DNA of 64,000 nucleotides. Source: Candidatus Marinacidobacterales bacterium (GTDB lineage Bacteria > Acidobacteriota > Vicinamibacteria > Marinacidobacterales > SMYC01). The notes beneath the pieces are model-generated. The model was not told the DNA's origin, ran no database searches, and saw only the letters and a program-made list of their open reading frames with translations. Where the stretch lies: assembly GCA_965224085.1 (NCBI GenBank), contig CBDCYI010000005.1, forward strand, positions 2,208,001 through 2,272,000, read 5' to 3'. Each line of letters begins with the position of its first letter. The stretch's first letter is position 1. Shown here piece by piece: positions 1 through 10,184 of the stretch. Both the position numbers and the translations under genes were made by a program.

Positions 1-1
1 C

Positions 2-1777
2 CATGCCGCCTTTGGAGGCCGGATCCGTTACCTTATCAGCGGCGCCTCAGCGCTCTCGGAATCGACCCTCAAGACTTTTCGAGGTCTCGGCTTCAACTTG
101 AACGAAGGCTATGGCCTCACCGAAGCCTCCCCCGTTCTTACGGTGACGCGTCCCGAGGAAGCTATCGTCTCCGGAAGTGTCGGCCAGCCGCTTCCGGGTA
201 TCGAGATCAAGATCCATGAGCCCGATCGCCGCGGTGTGGGCGAAGTCACCGCGCGGGGGCCCAACGTCACGGCGGGCTATTACGGAAACGAGAAAGCGAC
301 CCAAGAAGCGCTCCGCGACGGCTGGCTCTTCACCGGCGACCTCGGGCGTCTCGACGAAAAGGGGAACCTCTTCATCGTAGGCCGCTCGAAAGAGGTGATC
401 GTCGACAAAAACGGCAAGAATGTCTATCCCGACGAGCTCGAAGAGCTTTATGCTGACGAGAGCCTTATCAAAGAACTCGCCGTCATTGGCCTTCCCGACG
501 GCACCGGCGAGCGTGTCGCCGCGGTCGTCGTGCCCGAAAAAGACTCGGAGATCGACGATATCGAGAAGAAGATCGAGGACCATTTTCACGCAGTGTCCGA
601 GCGGCTTCCGCTCTATAAACGCGTGAAGCTCTACGAAGTGCGCGCGAAAGAGCTCCCGCGAACAGCGACGCGCAAGGTCAAACGGCGCGAGCTCGTCAGG
701 TGGCTTCAGGAGAAGCGCGAGCTCGAGACGCGCACGGGGTCCGTTTCCGACGCCGAAAAAGAGTGGCTCCTGGACGTCGTGGCGCGCGTGGCAGAAAAAC
801 CGCGCGACACCGTCCATCTCGACGCAAGCCTCGGCGAGCTCGGCTATGACAGCCTCATGTATAGCGAGCTAGCGGGGGCCATCGAATCGCGCACCGGAGA
901 GAGCCTGACAGCCGAGGCGTTGATGTCGCTCTCCGGCATCCGGGAGCTCGCCGACAGCCTGAGGAGCCGCCCGAAAGGGCGCGCGCGCGCCAAAAAAGCC
1001 AACAAAGAAGAAGTCGAGAAGGTCGAGCTCCCGCCCACCCTTCAAGAGCTCGGCCGCAAGGGGCTCGCTGCCGTGCAGCATTGGTTCTACCACAACGCGC
1101 TCAACCCCGAGTTCAAGGGGCGAGCGAACATTCCCGACCACACACACTTTGTCGTCGTCGCCAATCATGCGTCGCATCTCGATATGGGTCTCGTGAAGAT
1201 GGCGCTCGGCCAAGCGGGCAAGAACCTCGTGGCGCTCGCGGCCGCGGATTACTTCTTCGACAACAAGGTCAAGCGCACCATCTTCGAGAACTTCACGAAC
1301 CTCGTTCCGATGGAGCGGAAAGGATCGCTCCGGAAATCGTTCGAGTGGGCGCTCCATCTTCTTGAGCAGGGCTATAACGTGCTCATCTTCCCGGAAGGTA
1401 CGCGCTCGCGAACGGGTGTGATGCAACCGTTCCAGCGCGGGATCGGGCACCTCGTGTTGCGTGCCAAGGTCGGGATTTTGCCGGTCCATCTGTGGACGCA
1501 TGGCGCGCTCCCGCCGGGTACGTGGTACCCCCAAACGCGTGACGTAAGCGCGAGCATCGGGCCGTTTCTCTCTTACGACACTCTTGTGCGGGTATCGGAG
1601 GGGCTGCCGCGCTCCCTCGCGGAGCGCGCGGTCGCAGCACTCGTCCAACGGGTCGTGGAGCACCAACGCGACGCCACGCAAGTCGACCTCGACGCGGAGG
1701 TCGACAAAGCGCGGACCCGATTCTCTGCGGAGCGCAAAGCGAAGCAACCCGTCACCGTCGGAAAAGCAGATGACTAA
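2..1777 (+). CDS. Multidomain AMP-dependent acyl-CoA synthetase + acyl carrier domain + PlsC-type acyltransferase (ElbD-like), 5' end outside window
   Basis: Frame open from base 2. Adenylation motifs GYGLTE, TGDLG and GRSKE; carrier motif LGYDSL; acyltransferase motifs NHASHLD and FPEGTRS. Confidence 0.9.
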   Translation, partial: HAAFGGRIRYLISGASALSESTLKTFRGLGFNLNEGYGLTEASPVLTVTRPEEAIVSGSVGQPLPGIEIKIHEPDRRGVGEVTARGPNVTAGYYGNEKATQEALRDGWLFTGDLGRLDEKGNLFIVGRSKEVIVDKNGKNVYPDELEELYADESLIKELAVIGLPDGTGERVAAVVVPEKDSEIDDIEKKIEDHFHAVSERLPLYKRVKLYEVRAKELPRTATRKVKRRELVRWLQEKRELETRTGSVSDAEKEWLLDVVARVAEKPRDTVHLDASLGELGYDSLMYSELAGAIESRTGESLTAEALMSLSGIRELADSLRSRPKGRARAKKANKEEVEKVELPPTLQELGRKGLAAVQHWFYHNALNPEFKGRANIPDHTHFVVVANHASHLDMGLVKMALGQAGKNLVALAAADYFFDNKVKRTIFENFTNLVPMERKGSLRKSFEWALHLLEQGYNVLIFPEGTRSRTGVMQPFQRGIGHLVLRAKVGILPVHLWTHGALPPGTWYPQTRDVSASIGPFLSYDTLVRVSEGLPRSLAERAVAALVQRVVEHQRDATQVDLDAEVDKARTRFSAERKAKQPVTVGKADD

Positions 1778-2753
1778 AACGCTTGTCACGGGCGCGACCG
1801 GATTTCTGGGCACGCACCTGCTGCCGTTTCTCGCGGACGGTGAAGTCCGCGTGCTCGTGCGGGGACGTCGTGCGGTCGAAAACGTCGAGATCATGGAAGG
1901 CTCGATTCTGGACGAAGAGGCGGTCGCGCGCGCGGTCGACGGTGTTACGGAAATCTACCACCTAGCGGGAAAAGTGTCGCGCGACCCCGAAGATGTCCGC
2001 GAGCTCTACCAGGTGCATGTGGAAGGGACGACGCTTCTATGCCGCGCCGCGAAAGCGGCCGGCGTTCAGCGCATCGTGCTCGCCTCGACGAGCGGAACCA
2101 TCGCTGTGACCGAGGACGGCGAAACGTTTCCCGACGAGAGCGCACCGGTCCCGCTTCTGCTCATTGGCGGCTGGCCTTACTACACGAGCAAGCTCTACCA
2201 GGAAGAAGCCGCGAAGCGCGAATGCGAGGGCGGCCCGGAGCTCGTCATTTTGAACCCCAGTCTTCTCCTCGGCCCCGGTGACCAGCGGGTCTCCTCCACT
2301 GAGGATGTCTTGAAGTTTCTAGCCGGCGATATCCCAGTGATCCCGCCCGGTGGCGTGAATTTCGTCGACGCGCGCGACGTCGCGGAAGCGATGCAAAGCG
2401 CGATGCGGCACGGCCAGCCCGGGAATCGCTATCTGCTCGGAGGCCCGAACTGGACTTTCGCGACGTTGCTCGAGCGGCTCGGGCGCATGAGCAAGGTGAA
2501 AGCGCCGAAGCTCAAGCTTCCCGACGCGATCTACGGCTTTGCGGGAAAAGCGGTGGACGCGCTCTATGGCCAGTGGGACATGGCGCCGCCCGTCGATCGC
2601 ATCAGTGTCGAGATGGGCCGGCGCTTCTGGTATCTGGACTGCAGCAAGGCGGAGCGCGAGCTGGGTTTCCGTGCAAGGGATCCGTACGAAACTCTGTATG
2701 ACACCGTCGCCTACATCAAAAAGGAGCTTCTCGGCGAAGCCGTTCTTTCTTGA
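1770..2753 (+). CDS. NAD-dependent epimerase/dehydratase (extended SDR, ElbE/HpnA-like)
   Basis: ATG 1770 overlaps the upstream stop; VTGATGFLG Rossmann motif; YYTSK (YxxxK). Confidence 0.88.
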   Translation: MTKTLVTGATGFLGTHLLPFLADGEVRVLVRGRRAVENVEIMEGSILDEEAVARAVDGVTEIYHLAGKVSRDPEDVRELYQVHVEGTTLLCRAAKAAGVQRIVLASTSGTIAVTEDGETFPDESAPVPLLLIGGWPYYTSKLYQEEAAKRECEGGPELVILNPSLLLGPGDQRVSSTEDVLKFLAGDIPVIPPGGVNFVDARDVAEAMQSAMRHGQPGNRYLLGGPNWTFATLLERLGRMSKVKAPKLKLPDAIYGFAGKAVDALYGQWDMAPPVDRISVEMGRRFWYLDCSKAERELGFRARDPYETLYDTVAYIKKELLGEAVLS

Positions 2754-3091
2754 CCCGCCTACGCCCCTTCGGGCTACGGCGAGCGCGAGGGCAGCATGTG
2801 TAGGAATATCAAAACACTCTTCAATTTCGAGCCGCCGGCGACGGCAGAGGAGATCCAGGCCGCGTCGCTTCAGTTCGTGCGCAAGCTGAGCGGTTTCAAC
2901 AAGCCGTCGAAAGTCAACGAAGCCGCTTTCGAGTGCGCCGTCGACGACGTCGCGCGCGTTGCCGAGACGCTTCTCGACGCCCTCGTCACGAAGGCGCCGG
3001 CGCGCGACCGGGAGGTCGAGGCTCAAAGAGCCCGTGCGCGAGCGGCGGCTCGCTTTGGCTGACCCGCCTACGCCCGTCGGGCTACGGCGAG
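2751..3091 (+). repeat. Two REP-like hairpin repeats (2751-2783 and 3060-3091) flanking the DUF2277 gene
   Basis: TGACCCGCCTACGCCC-(cttc or gtc)-GGGCTACGGCGAG; each copy begins with the TGA stop of the preceding gene. Confidence 0.75.
2796..3062 (+). CDS. DUF2277 family small protein
   Basis: Characteristic MCRNIKTLFNFEPPAT...ASLQFVRKLSG. Confidence 0.9.
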   Translation: MCRNIKTLFNFEPPATAEEIQAASLQFVRKLSGFNKPSKVNEAAFECAVDDVARVAETLLDALVTKAPARDREVEAQRARARAAARFG

Positions 3092-3202
3092 GTGAACCCG
3101 CCTGCGATAGTCAGCTCCCTTGCAGTTGGGCGGCGGCGGTGCTTTTATTAGCGATGTTGCATCGATCTTTTGGAGGGGAGTTCGTTATGACTGGGCTACC
3201 GC

Positions 3203-4089
3203 ATGACTAGGCTACCGCTTCTCGTGCTCGTGACGGTTTCGCTCGGGATGGGCATCGCCGCGGCGGAGGAAATCACGTTCACCAAGGACATCGAGCCCAT
3301 CTTGCAGCGTGAGTGCCAGGACTGTCATCGGTCCGGTCAAATCGCGCCCATGTCCTTCACGACGTACGAAGAGACGCGCCCGTGGGCGCAGTCCATCCGC
3401 GAAGCGGTTTCCCGCCGTGAGATGCCGCCGTGGCACGCGGATGCGAGCCACAACGAGTTCGTGAACGATCGACGTTTGAGCGAAGCGGAGATCGAGACGA
3501 TCGTCAGCTGGGTGGATGGTGGTGCCAAGCACGGGAACCTTGCCGACGCGCCGGCACCGCGCGGCGCATACCGGCCGGCTCGGAGTTGCTGTTCCAAATC
3601 CACTACACGAAGACGGTAGTGTCGAGCTCGATCGGACGAGCATCGGCCTCAAATTCACCGAGAAACCACCGGAGCAGATCGTGCGCGCGTTGGGTGCAAA
3701 ACTACTACTTCACCATCCCGGCGGGAGCGAACGATCACGAAGTCACCGGCTGTTATACCTTCGACAAGGACGTGCACCTCTGCTCCTATTTCCCCCACAT
3801 GCACCTGCGCGGGAAAGACATGACGATGACCGCAATCTTCCCGGACGGGGAAACGAAAACGCTCTTGAGTGTGCGGCGCTACGATTTCACTTGGCAGCAC
3901 ACTTATCTTTTGAAAGAGCCCCTCGCTGTGCCGAGCGGAACACGCATTTTCGTCACGGCGCATTTCGACAACTCCAAACGTAACGCGTTCAACCCGGACC
4001 CGACGGCCACCGTCCGTTGGGGTGATCCGACTTACGATGAGATGATCGATGAGGAGAAGCTGACGGATCCGACCGAGAATCAGCCTTGA
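3203..4089 (+). pseudogene. Cytochrome c (CxxCH) / copper type II monooxygenase-like secreted protein, degraded
   Basis: Signal peptide, CQDCH and MPPW, then FQIHY, PHMHLRG, YDFTWQ and WGDPTYDEM spread over three frames; apparent internal deletion near 3560. Confidence 0.8.
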
Positions 4090-4997
4090 GGAAACGGCAT
4101 CCGGATTTTGAGCGCCGCCGGCTCGATCGTGAAACGAGCGGGCAGGCGGCCCGCTGACTCCCCGTCGATTTCGACGAGCAGTTCGCGGGCGGCGTTGACG
4201 GGTCGTGCTAGCAGAGACTCGAGCGAGCCTTGCTCGACCTCGGCAGTGGCCACGTGCGCGCCCCAATAGAGAAGCGGCGCGCGGCTCAGAAGCTTCAACG
4301 TCGGCATTTTCTTGACGAGGACGATCGCTAGCTTGCCGTCGGTAAGCTCAGCTTCGGGCGCCATCTTCATCCCGCCTCCGAAAAAACGCCCGTTGTGGAT
4401 GGACACAGACGTGACGGTCACGCGGCGCGGCGGCCTCCCGTCTACTGAAAGCTCTACGTCGGGATGCTCGAACGATAGCGCGGCCCGCAAGGTCTGGCTC
4501 GCATAGCTTCCCGAAGACCTGCTCGAGCGGTTTACGCGACGGGCAACCTCGGCGCTCAGACCGAACGACGCTGAGTTTACGAAGCTCTGGGACTCGCCTT
4601 CGGAGAAGGTCACACGCCCGACATCGATGGGCGTCGTGCGTCCCAATCGTAGACCGCGGGCCGCGTCCGCTAGCCGGGCCGGAGTCGACAGTGAGCGCGC
4701 GAAGTCACCCCCCGTGCCGTGGGGTAGAACGCCTAGCTCACAGGGAGCGCCTGAGTCCAGGATCCCGCGCGCCGCCTCGGATATCGTCCCGTCCCCACCG
4801 AAAGTGAGCACTAGGCGCCGCCCTCGCTCAGCCTCCTCGCGCGCGAGAGTGGTTGCGTGGCCCGAAGCCTCCGTGAAGCGGCGCTCGAAGGGTCCGAAAT
4901 GAACTCGAATCGTCGCTGCCGCGGAGGGCCAATCGCGAGCTCCGGCGCCGCCTCGCGAGGCTGGATTCACGATGATGAGCGACAAATCGCTGTCCAT
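4080..4997 (-). CDS. Diacylglycerol kinase family lipid kinase (YegS/Rv2252/BmrU)
   Basis: IVNPAS, GGDGT, PHGTGGDFAR, FFGGG and IDGE motifs. Confidence 0.9.
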   Translation of the reverse strand: MDSDLSLIIVNPASRGGAGARDWPSAAATIRVHFGPFERRFTEASGHATTLAREEAERGRRLVLTFGGDGTISEAARGILDSGAPCELGVLPHGTGGDFARSLSTPARLADAARGLRLGRTTPIDVGRVTFSEGESQSFVNSASFGLSAEVARRVNRSSRSSGSYASQTLRAALSFEHPDVELSVDGRPPRRVTVTSVSIHNGRFFGGGMKMAPEAELTDGKLAIVLVKKMPTLKLLSRAPLLYWGAHVATAEVEQGSLESLLARPVNAARELLVEIDGESAGRLPARFTIEPAALKIRMPFPQG

Positions 4998-5156
4998 CGC
5001 CGCGATCCTACCAGCTGTCAGTGGTGTTCTAAATTGTGCTAGAGTACCGCTTTCCACGGCGGTCTTTGGAGAAATTCACCGCGATCCGCTTCGAAGCAGG
5101 AGAAGAGTTTGGGCGTCAAAGCAAGCACGTTTCCTCAGCCCCCGGGGTTCTGGGAG

Positions 5157-5888
5157 ATGCTGCGTGCTATCGCGGTGGCGCTTTCCAAGTTCGTGGCAGG
5201 GGTCTTTGGTTTTGCGCGGGACAGCATCGCGCGCGGCATTATCCGCGTCGGCATCCCCGTGAACGCGGTCACCCTGACCGGCCCGGTGGCCGTCTCGCTC
5301 ATATTCATGCCCATGTATTTCGGGACCCAGTGGCTCGCGGGCGTCGTTCTCATCGCGGCCGGGGCCTTCGACATGCTCGACGGCGCCGTGGCCCGCATCT
5401 CCCGCGGATCCACGAAGTTCGGCGGCTTTCTGGACTCCGTGACGGACCGCTATACCGACTTCCTGATGCTCTTCGGGATTCTCATGTACCTGCTCCGCTT
5501 CGTGCACGGTCGCGAGCGCTTGCTTTATTTGATTTTATGGGGTGTCACGGCGGCGGGTACGGCGACGACGTCTTACATCCGTGCACGGGCCGAGAACGAG
5601 ATCCCCGAATGCAAAGTGGGTTTCATGGAGCGCGCCGAGCGCACCGTGACCATCATTATCGGCCTCTTGGCGGGGAACGTTCACATAACGCTCTGGATTC
5701 TCGCTTTTTTCAGCACGCTCATCAGCATCCAGAGGATCCTCTACACGCGCTTGATCATGTCGAACCGTGAGCCCAAAGGCCAATTCTGGTATTGGCGCTA
5801 CCCGCGGCTGACCGCCCCCCACTTCACGCTTTGCGCCGCGCTCATCTTGTTCCTTATCATTGGCCACCTCGTCATCCCCCGACCCTAA
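5157..5888 (+). CDS. CDP-alcohol phosphatidyltransferase
   Basis: DMLDGAVAR...GGFLDSVTDR signature; multiple TM segments. Confidence 0.9.
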   Translation: MLRAIAVALSKFVAGVFGFARDSIARGIIRVGIPVNAVTLTGPVAVSLIFMPMYFGTQWLAGVVLIAAGAFDMLDGAVARISRGSTKFGGFLDSVTDRYTDFLMLFGILMYLLRFVHGRERLLYLILWGVTAAGTATTSYIRARAENEIPECKVGFMERAERTVTIIIGLLAGNVHITLWILAFFSTLISIQRILYTRLIMSNREPKGQFWYWRYPRLTAPHFTLCAALILFLIIGHLVIPRP

Positions 5889-5891
5889 AGC

Positions 5892-5922
5892 AAAAAAAAG
5901 GCGCCCTCCGTCAAGAGGACGC
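5892..5922 (-). terminator. Rho-independent terminator of the minus-strand small gene
   Basis: Minus strand GCGTCCTC-loop-GAGGGCGC followed by a T8 run. Confidence 0.7.
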
Positions 5923-5949
5923 GCTGAAGATGGAGCGAACGCAGCTCGT

Positions 5950-6228
5950 TTACTCGACGTAGCTATAACCGCAGGTCTCGCAAGTCCAAGTGTCGCCTTG
6001 CTTGTACATCAGGGCACCGCATTGCGGGCAAGCGCGCGTTTCTTCTTCCCCCGAATCGTCATCGCCGAAGAGGTCGTCTTTGCTAGGCTCTTCCGGCTCT
6101 TGCTCCTTGTCTTTCGGGTCCTCTTGTTTGGGCTCTTGAGCGCGGGCGAGCTTGCTCACGGCGACGATCCCGGCAATGGCAAAGCCGGAACTCTTCAGAA
6201 AATCGCGGCGGGTGAGTTCTTCTGTCAT
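5950..6228 (-). CDS. Small Tat-exported protein with C-terminal CxxC-x12-CxxC metal ribbon
   Basis: TRRDFLK twin-arginine motif, ARA-Q cleavage site, acidic linker, CPQC...CETC. Confidence 0.75.
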   Translation of the reverse strand: MTEELTRRDFLKSSGFAIAGIVAVSKLARAQEPKQEDPKDKEQEPEEPSKDDLFGDDDSGEEETRACPQCGALMYKQGDTWTCETCGYSYVE

Positions 6229-6332
6229 CGGCTCTTCCAGCTCCGGTAGGTCATAACGATGCCCATTGTACTCTGCCGTGAAGATTTGTGCGCGCGGACC
6301 TCAACCAAGAGTGCGGAGAAGCGACGCGGCTT

Positions 6333-6561
6333 TGCCTTGGTGCACAACTCGCGATCTAGGTCCACAATTGTCCTGTACTCGCGGATACGAGGTTCCCCAT
6401 GAGCATTTTCAAACGCACTCAGCGGAAGTATGTGAAGAAGGCCTATCGCGTGAGGAATTGGCGTGAATATGAGGCGGGTCTACGCAACCGCGGGAGCCTG
6501 ACCGTCTGGGTCTCGCTCACCGCCGGCAAGCTTGTGAACTGGGACGCGCCCCGGCCGAGGA
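6333..6561 (+). mobile_element. IS5 family (IS903 group) element, 5' half
   Basis: IR TGCCTTGGTGCACAACTC at 6333; transposase N-terminus from ATG 6399 nearly identical to the copy at 44601-45687. Confidence 0.85.
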
Positions 6562-6737
6562 CCCCGCCGACGAGCGTCGGCGAGCCATTGCTCGCGGCGG
6601 CGCTGCATAGCCTGTTCGTGCGAGAGGAGCTCCGGATTTCGAAGGAGCACCTCGCGCCGCACCGAGCCGATGCCCTCGACGAAGACGAGTTCGTCTCCGT
6701 TCATGCTGCGTCGGGTTCCGGTTTCAAGCCGGGCGGC

Positions 6738-7596
6738 TGCCTTGGTGCACAACTCCGATAGAGGCCGAGAGCTCGCTTGGCCCCGACTCCCATCATCCGA
6801 TCATCTCGCTATCAGGCATCCCGAGCGCCGTCATGGTGTTGAGAATCTTGCACCCGATCCTTGCCTCGACTCTCTGTGCCGCCAACCCTCTCGCTCGCAT
6901 TGCTGAGCCCACGATAGCCTTGTAGCGATGGAACGTTGTCTCGACTTTGCTCCGTTTGCTGTAGCCCGATTCTGTGTGCCACTTTCGTTTGCCGAGCCGA
7001 GCTTGTGCTGCAATGTTGCGATTGCGCTGTCGGCTGCTCGCCGGCCCCGATGCGAGCTGGGCGCCCTTGCGCGGCGGTATCAGCACCCTCGGCGAGCGAT
7101 GAGCGCTGTGATTCTCGATTGCCTCATAGACGCCGCTGGCGTCGTATGCGGTGTCAGCTCTGGCCGATGAGATGGGACTGTCGCTCTGTCCGACAAGCGA
7201 TGCAACCCGCGATGAATCGCGGGCTCTTTTGCTCGTCAGCTCGCCGGCGACGACTTCGCCAGTCTGCTCGTCGACACACAGATGGAGCTTGCGATAGTCC
7301 CTACTATTTGGTGCTCTGCGCAGCTGGCCGGCGTGGACAGCGAGACCGCTGCTGTCGATCAAGATGTGCAACGGCGTCTTCTGCTTGTCTTGGTAGAAGG
7401 GGACCTTACCCAGCTTCGCCTTGCGCCTCGAGATCGTGGTGTGATCGGGCACATCATTGTCTAGCTTCATCAGAGCGAACAACGATCGCAGCAATCCCTC
7501 GCTCTGCCTAGATGACAGATGAAACACCATGCCCAGGGTGACAGCCGTCTCGATGGCGTGGTTCGAATACTTGCGTTGACGGCCCGGTTTCCTCCT
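6738..7596 (-). mobile_element. IS5 family (IS903 group) element, 3' half, inverted relative to the 5' half
   Basis: IR at 6738; near-identical to 44601-45459; DDE motifs IDSSG, ADTAYD and KRSKVE. Confidence 0.9.
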
Positions 7597-7632
7597 AGCG
7601 CGAGAAGGCCGAGCTCGAGGAAGACGAGCGAG

Positions 7633-8120
7633 GGTACTGTCAAGTTGAGGCCGTGTCTGGCAAACTTGGCCGATGAAAAGCGACACGCCGAGCTACCACG
7701 GATATCGATTTCCGCCCGAGATCATCAGCCACGGCGTATGGCTGTATCATCGATTCTGTCTGAGCTTCCGGGACGTTGAGGATTTGCTGGCGCAGCGTGG
7801 CGTCACGGTTTCATATGAAGCCATCCGACTGGCACTTGGACGAGGTCTTCGTCACGATTCAAGGCCGGCGTCAATATCTCTGGCGTGCCGTTGATTTAGA
7901 TGGTGACGTGATCGATATTCTCGTCCAGCCTCGCCGTGATCGGAGAGCTGCCAAACGCTTCTTCCGCAAGCTGTTGAAGGGGCAAGGCAGCGAGCCTCGG
8001 CGGTTGCTCACAGACAAGCTGAGAAGCTATGGTGCGGCGCACCGGACGGTGATGCCTTCCGTCGTTCATAGCACCAATCAGTACGAGAACAATCGCGCCG
8101 AAGTCTCGCATCAGCCGACG
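7633..8120 (+). mobile_element. IS6 family remnant (internal deletion/frameshift near 7830, 3' truncated)
   Basis: End GGTACTGTCAAGTTGA; MKSDTPSYHGYRFPPEII, WHLDEVF, YLWRAVD and NNRAEVSHQPT. Confidence 0.85.
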
Positions 8121-8372
8121 CTGGTGGCGGTCCGCGGCGCCGGCTCCACCCGGACGGGCCGTTTCATCGAGTACAAACAGCCCACGAACCTCGCCAACTT
8201 GCACTTGTCGCTTCTGCAGCGCCTGGGACTAGAGACCGAGGAGTTCGGAACGAGCGACGGCAGCCTAGCCGAGCTCGACGTTGAGCGATCTGCGATCACG
8301 ACGTCCCGAAACGCTTCGGGCTCTAACGCGCATCTGGCGCGTCGCGCTACTCCGAGACGCGGCGGGCTTTAA
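8121..8372 (+). pseudogene. C-terminal remnant of a DUF1552-like protein fused to the IS6 remnant
   Basis: TGRFIEY...NLANLHLSLLQRLG...FGTSDG resembles the DUF1552 C-terminus. Confidence 0.55.
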
Positions 8373-8578
8373 TCGTTCAAGATGCACTAGGGTGGTCCTG
8401 CCGATGCGCGAGGACGGACGCCTTCACGTGAACGGTAAGACGGATACTTGGAGGGTGCCTCGCATTCCCCCGCTGAGCTCTGCCAGAATGCTGTGATGCG
8501 AATGACGAGAACGCCCTGGCTTGACAATCCGGACCGTCCTCGCCCTCTCCGTCTCGGGTTTCTTGTACACCCTCCACT

Positions 8579-8880
8579 TCACGGGTTGCTGAGTTGTCGG
8601 TCGCCTCGCCACAATGCTCGACCTCCGAAAAGGATCGCACGCCCCCAAGAGCCCGTCCGAAAGTGGCTTCCTGAAAGAACAGCATCGTTCCACGCGAAAC
8701 AGCGGCGACGCAACTTGAGCAGATCGAGCGGAAGCTCACGGGCGGCGAATGATTGCTCAAGGACGCGAATCGATTCCTTTTCGAGCATGGTCACATTGCG
8801 GCTCAAATTGGATGCGTGCCGCCGGTAGAGGACGAGAGACTCCCCGATATAGGCAAGCTCCGTCTTGAGCCCGGAGTCGA
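8579..8880 (-). pseudogene. Glycosyltransferase family 2 C-terminal remnant
   Basis: YIGESLVLYRRHASNLS motif; 5' part missing. Confidence 0.55.
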
Positions 8881-8916
8881 ACCAGCAAATCCCAGTCCGC
8901 GGACATCGCCAAATTC

Positions 8917-10050
8917 TACCCGGGGAACACAGGGGATCCGACGACACTGCCGGATCAAGTACAAAAGCTTCGTGAGCGTTTTGAGCTTCAACAGGTGGTG
9001 CTGGTTGGTGACCGGGGCTTGCTCACTCAGACTCAGATTAAGGCTCTAAGGCAATACCCAGGACTTGGCTGGATCTCAGCCTTGCGTTCGACAGCGATTC
9101 GCAAACTACTGGACACGGAGTGTTTGCAGCTGTCGCTGTTCGACCAAAAAAACCTGGCGGAGATCACTTCTATTGATTTTCCCGGTGAGCGACTGATTGC
9201 TTGCTACAACCCTCTGCTGGCCGAAGAGAGGCGAAGGAAGCGCCAGGCCCTGCTTGAAGCGACCGAGGCCAAGTTCGACAAGATCCGCCGACAGGTTGCC
9301 CGGCGAACGAAAACTCCTTTGGACAAAGCTGAAATTGGCAAGAAGGTCGGAAAGGTGCTCAACCATTACAAAGTGGGCAAGCACTTCACACTGAAGATCG
9401 AAGATAGCCTTTTTAGCTACAGCAGACGCGAGGAAAGCATTCGCCGAGAATCGGAACGCGACGGCATCTACGTAATCCGCACCAGCGAGCCGCTTGAGCA
9501 TCTCTCGGCCGAGGACACCGTGCGCAGCTACAAGCGGCTCTCTCAGGTTGAACAAGCCTTTCGTTGTTTGAAGGGCATCGACCTGTTAGTACGACCCATC
9601 CGCCATCGCGATGCCCAACGCGTGCGGGCACACATCTTCTTGTGCTTGCTCGCCTACTATGTGCAATGGCACATGAAAAAGGCCCTTGCTCCACTACTTT
9701 TCGTCGACGAGCAACTTGACGCCGACCGCGAGACCCGAGACCCCGTCTTGCCAGCTCTGCCCTCGACTTCGGCCAAAAACAAAAAGAGCGTCCGTCGCAC
9801 ATCTGACGGATTACCTATTCACAGTTTCCCCACGCTTCTTGCCGAGCTTGCTACCCGCAGTCTCAACCTTTGCCAACTCAAAGCCGACCCGACCGCTCCA
9901 CCATTCCAGATGGTGACCGAAGCCAACTCAACACAACAACGCGCAATGCAACTGCTCGGTTTGTTCCCAGTGCCGGGAAACCTTCCCTGATGAAAAACTC
10001 CACGCGTTCAATACATTACGTCTGGCCTAAGCCGGGAACTTCCGACTAAG
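8917..10050 (+). mobile_element. IS1634 family element, 5'-truncated transposase (8917-9990) and right end
   Basis: YPGNTGDPTT, VGDRG, DGIYVIRT, YKRLSQVEQAFR and RVRAHIFLC; end GGAACTTCCGACTAAG. Confidence 0.85.
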
Positions 10051-10184
10051 AAACAAGCGCCGGCACTCGGACGAGCGATTAGTCGGTCGAGCTCGGCCAT
10101 AGGCCGCCTACGAGACGATCAAAGATATCCAAATCTTGCGACGGTAACGCGATGTTGGCACGGGAGTATTCGTCGGCGCCGCCG

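Noticed and set aside
6793-7686. 297-aa ORF as an intact IS5 transposase
   Set aside because: Its N-terminus comes from non-IS and antisense IS6 sequence; the real N-terminus lies at 6399-6561 on the opposite strand
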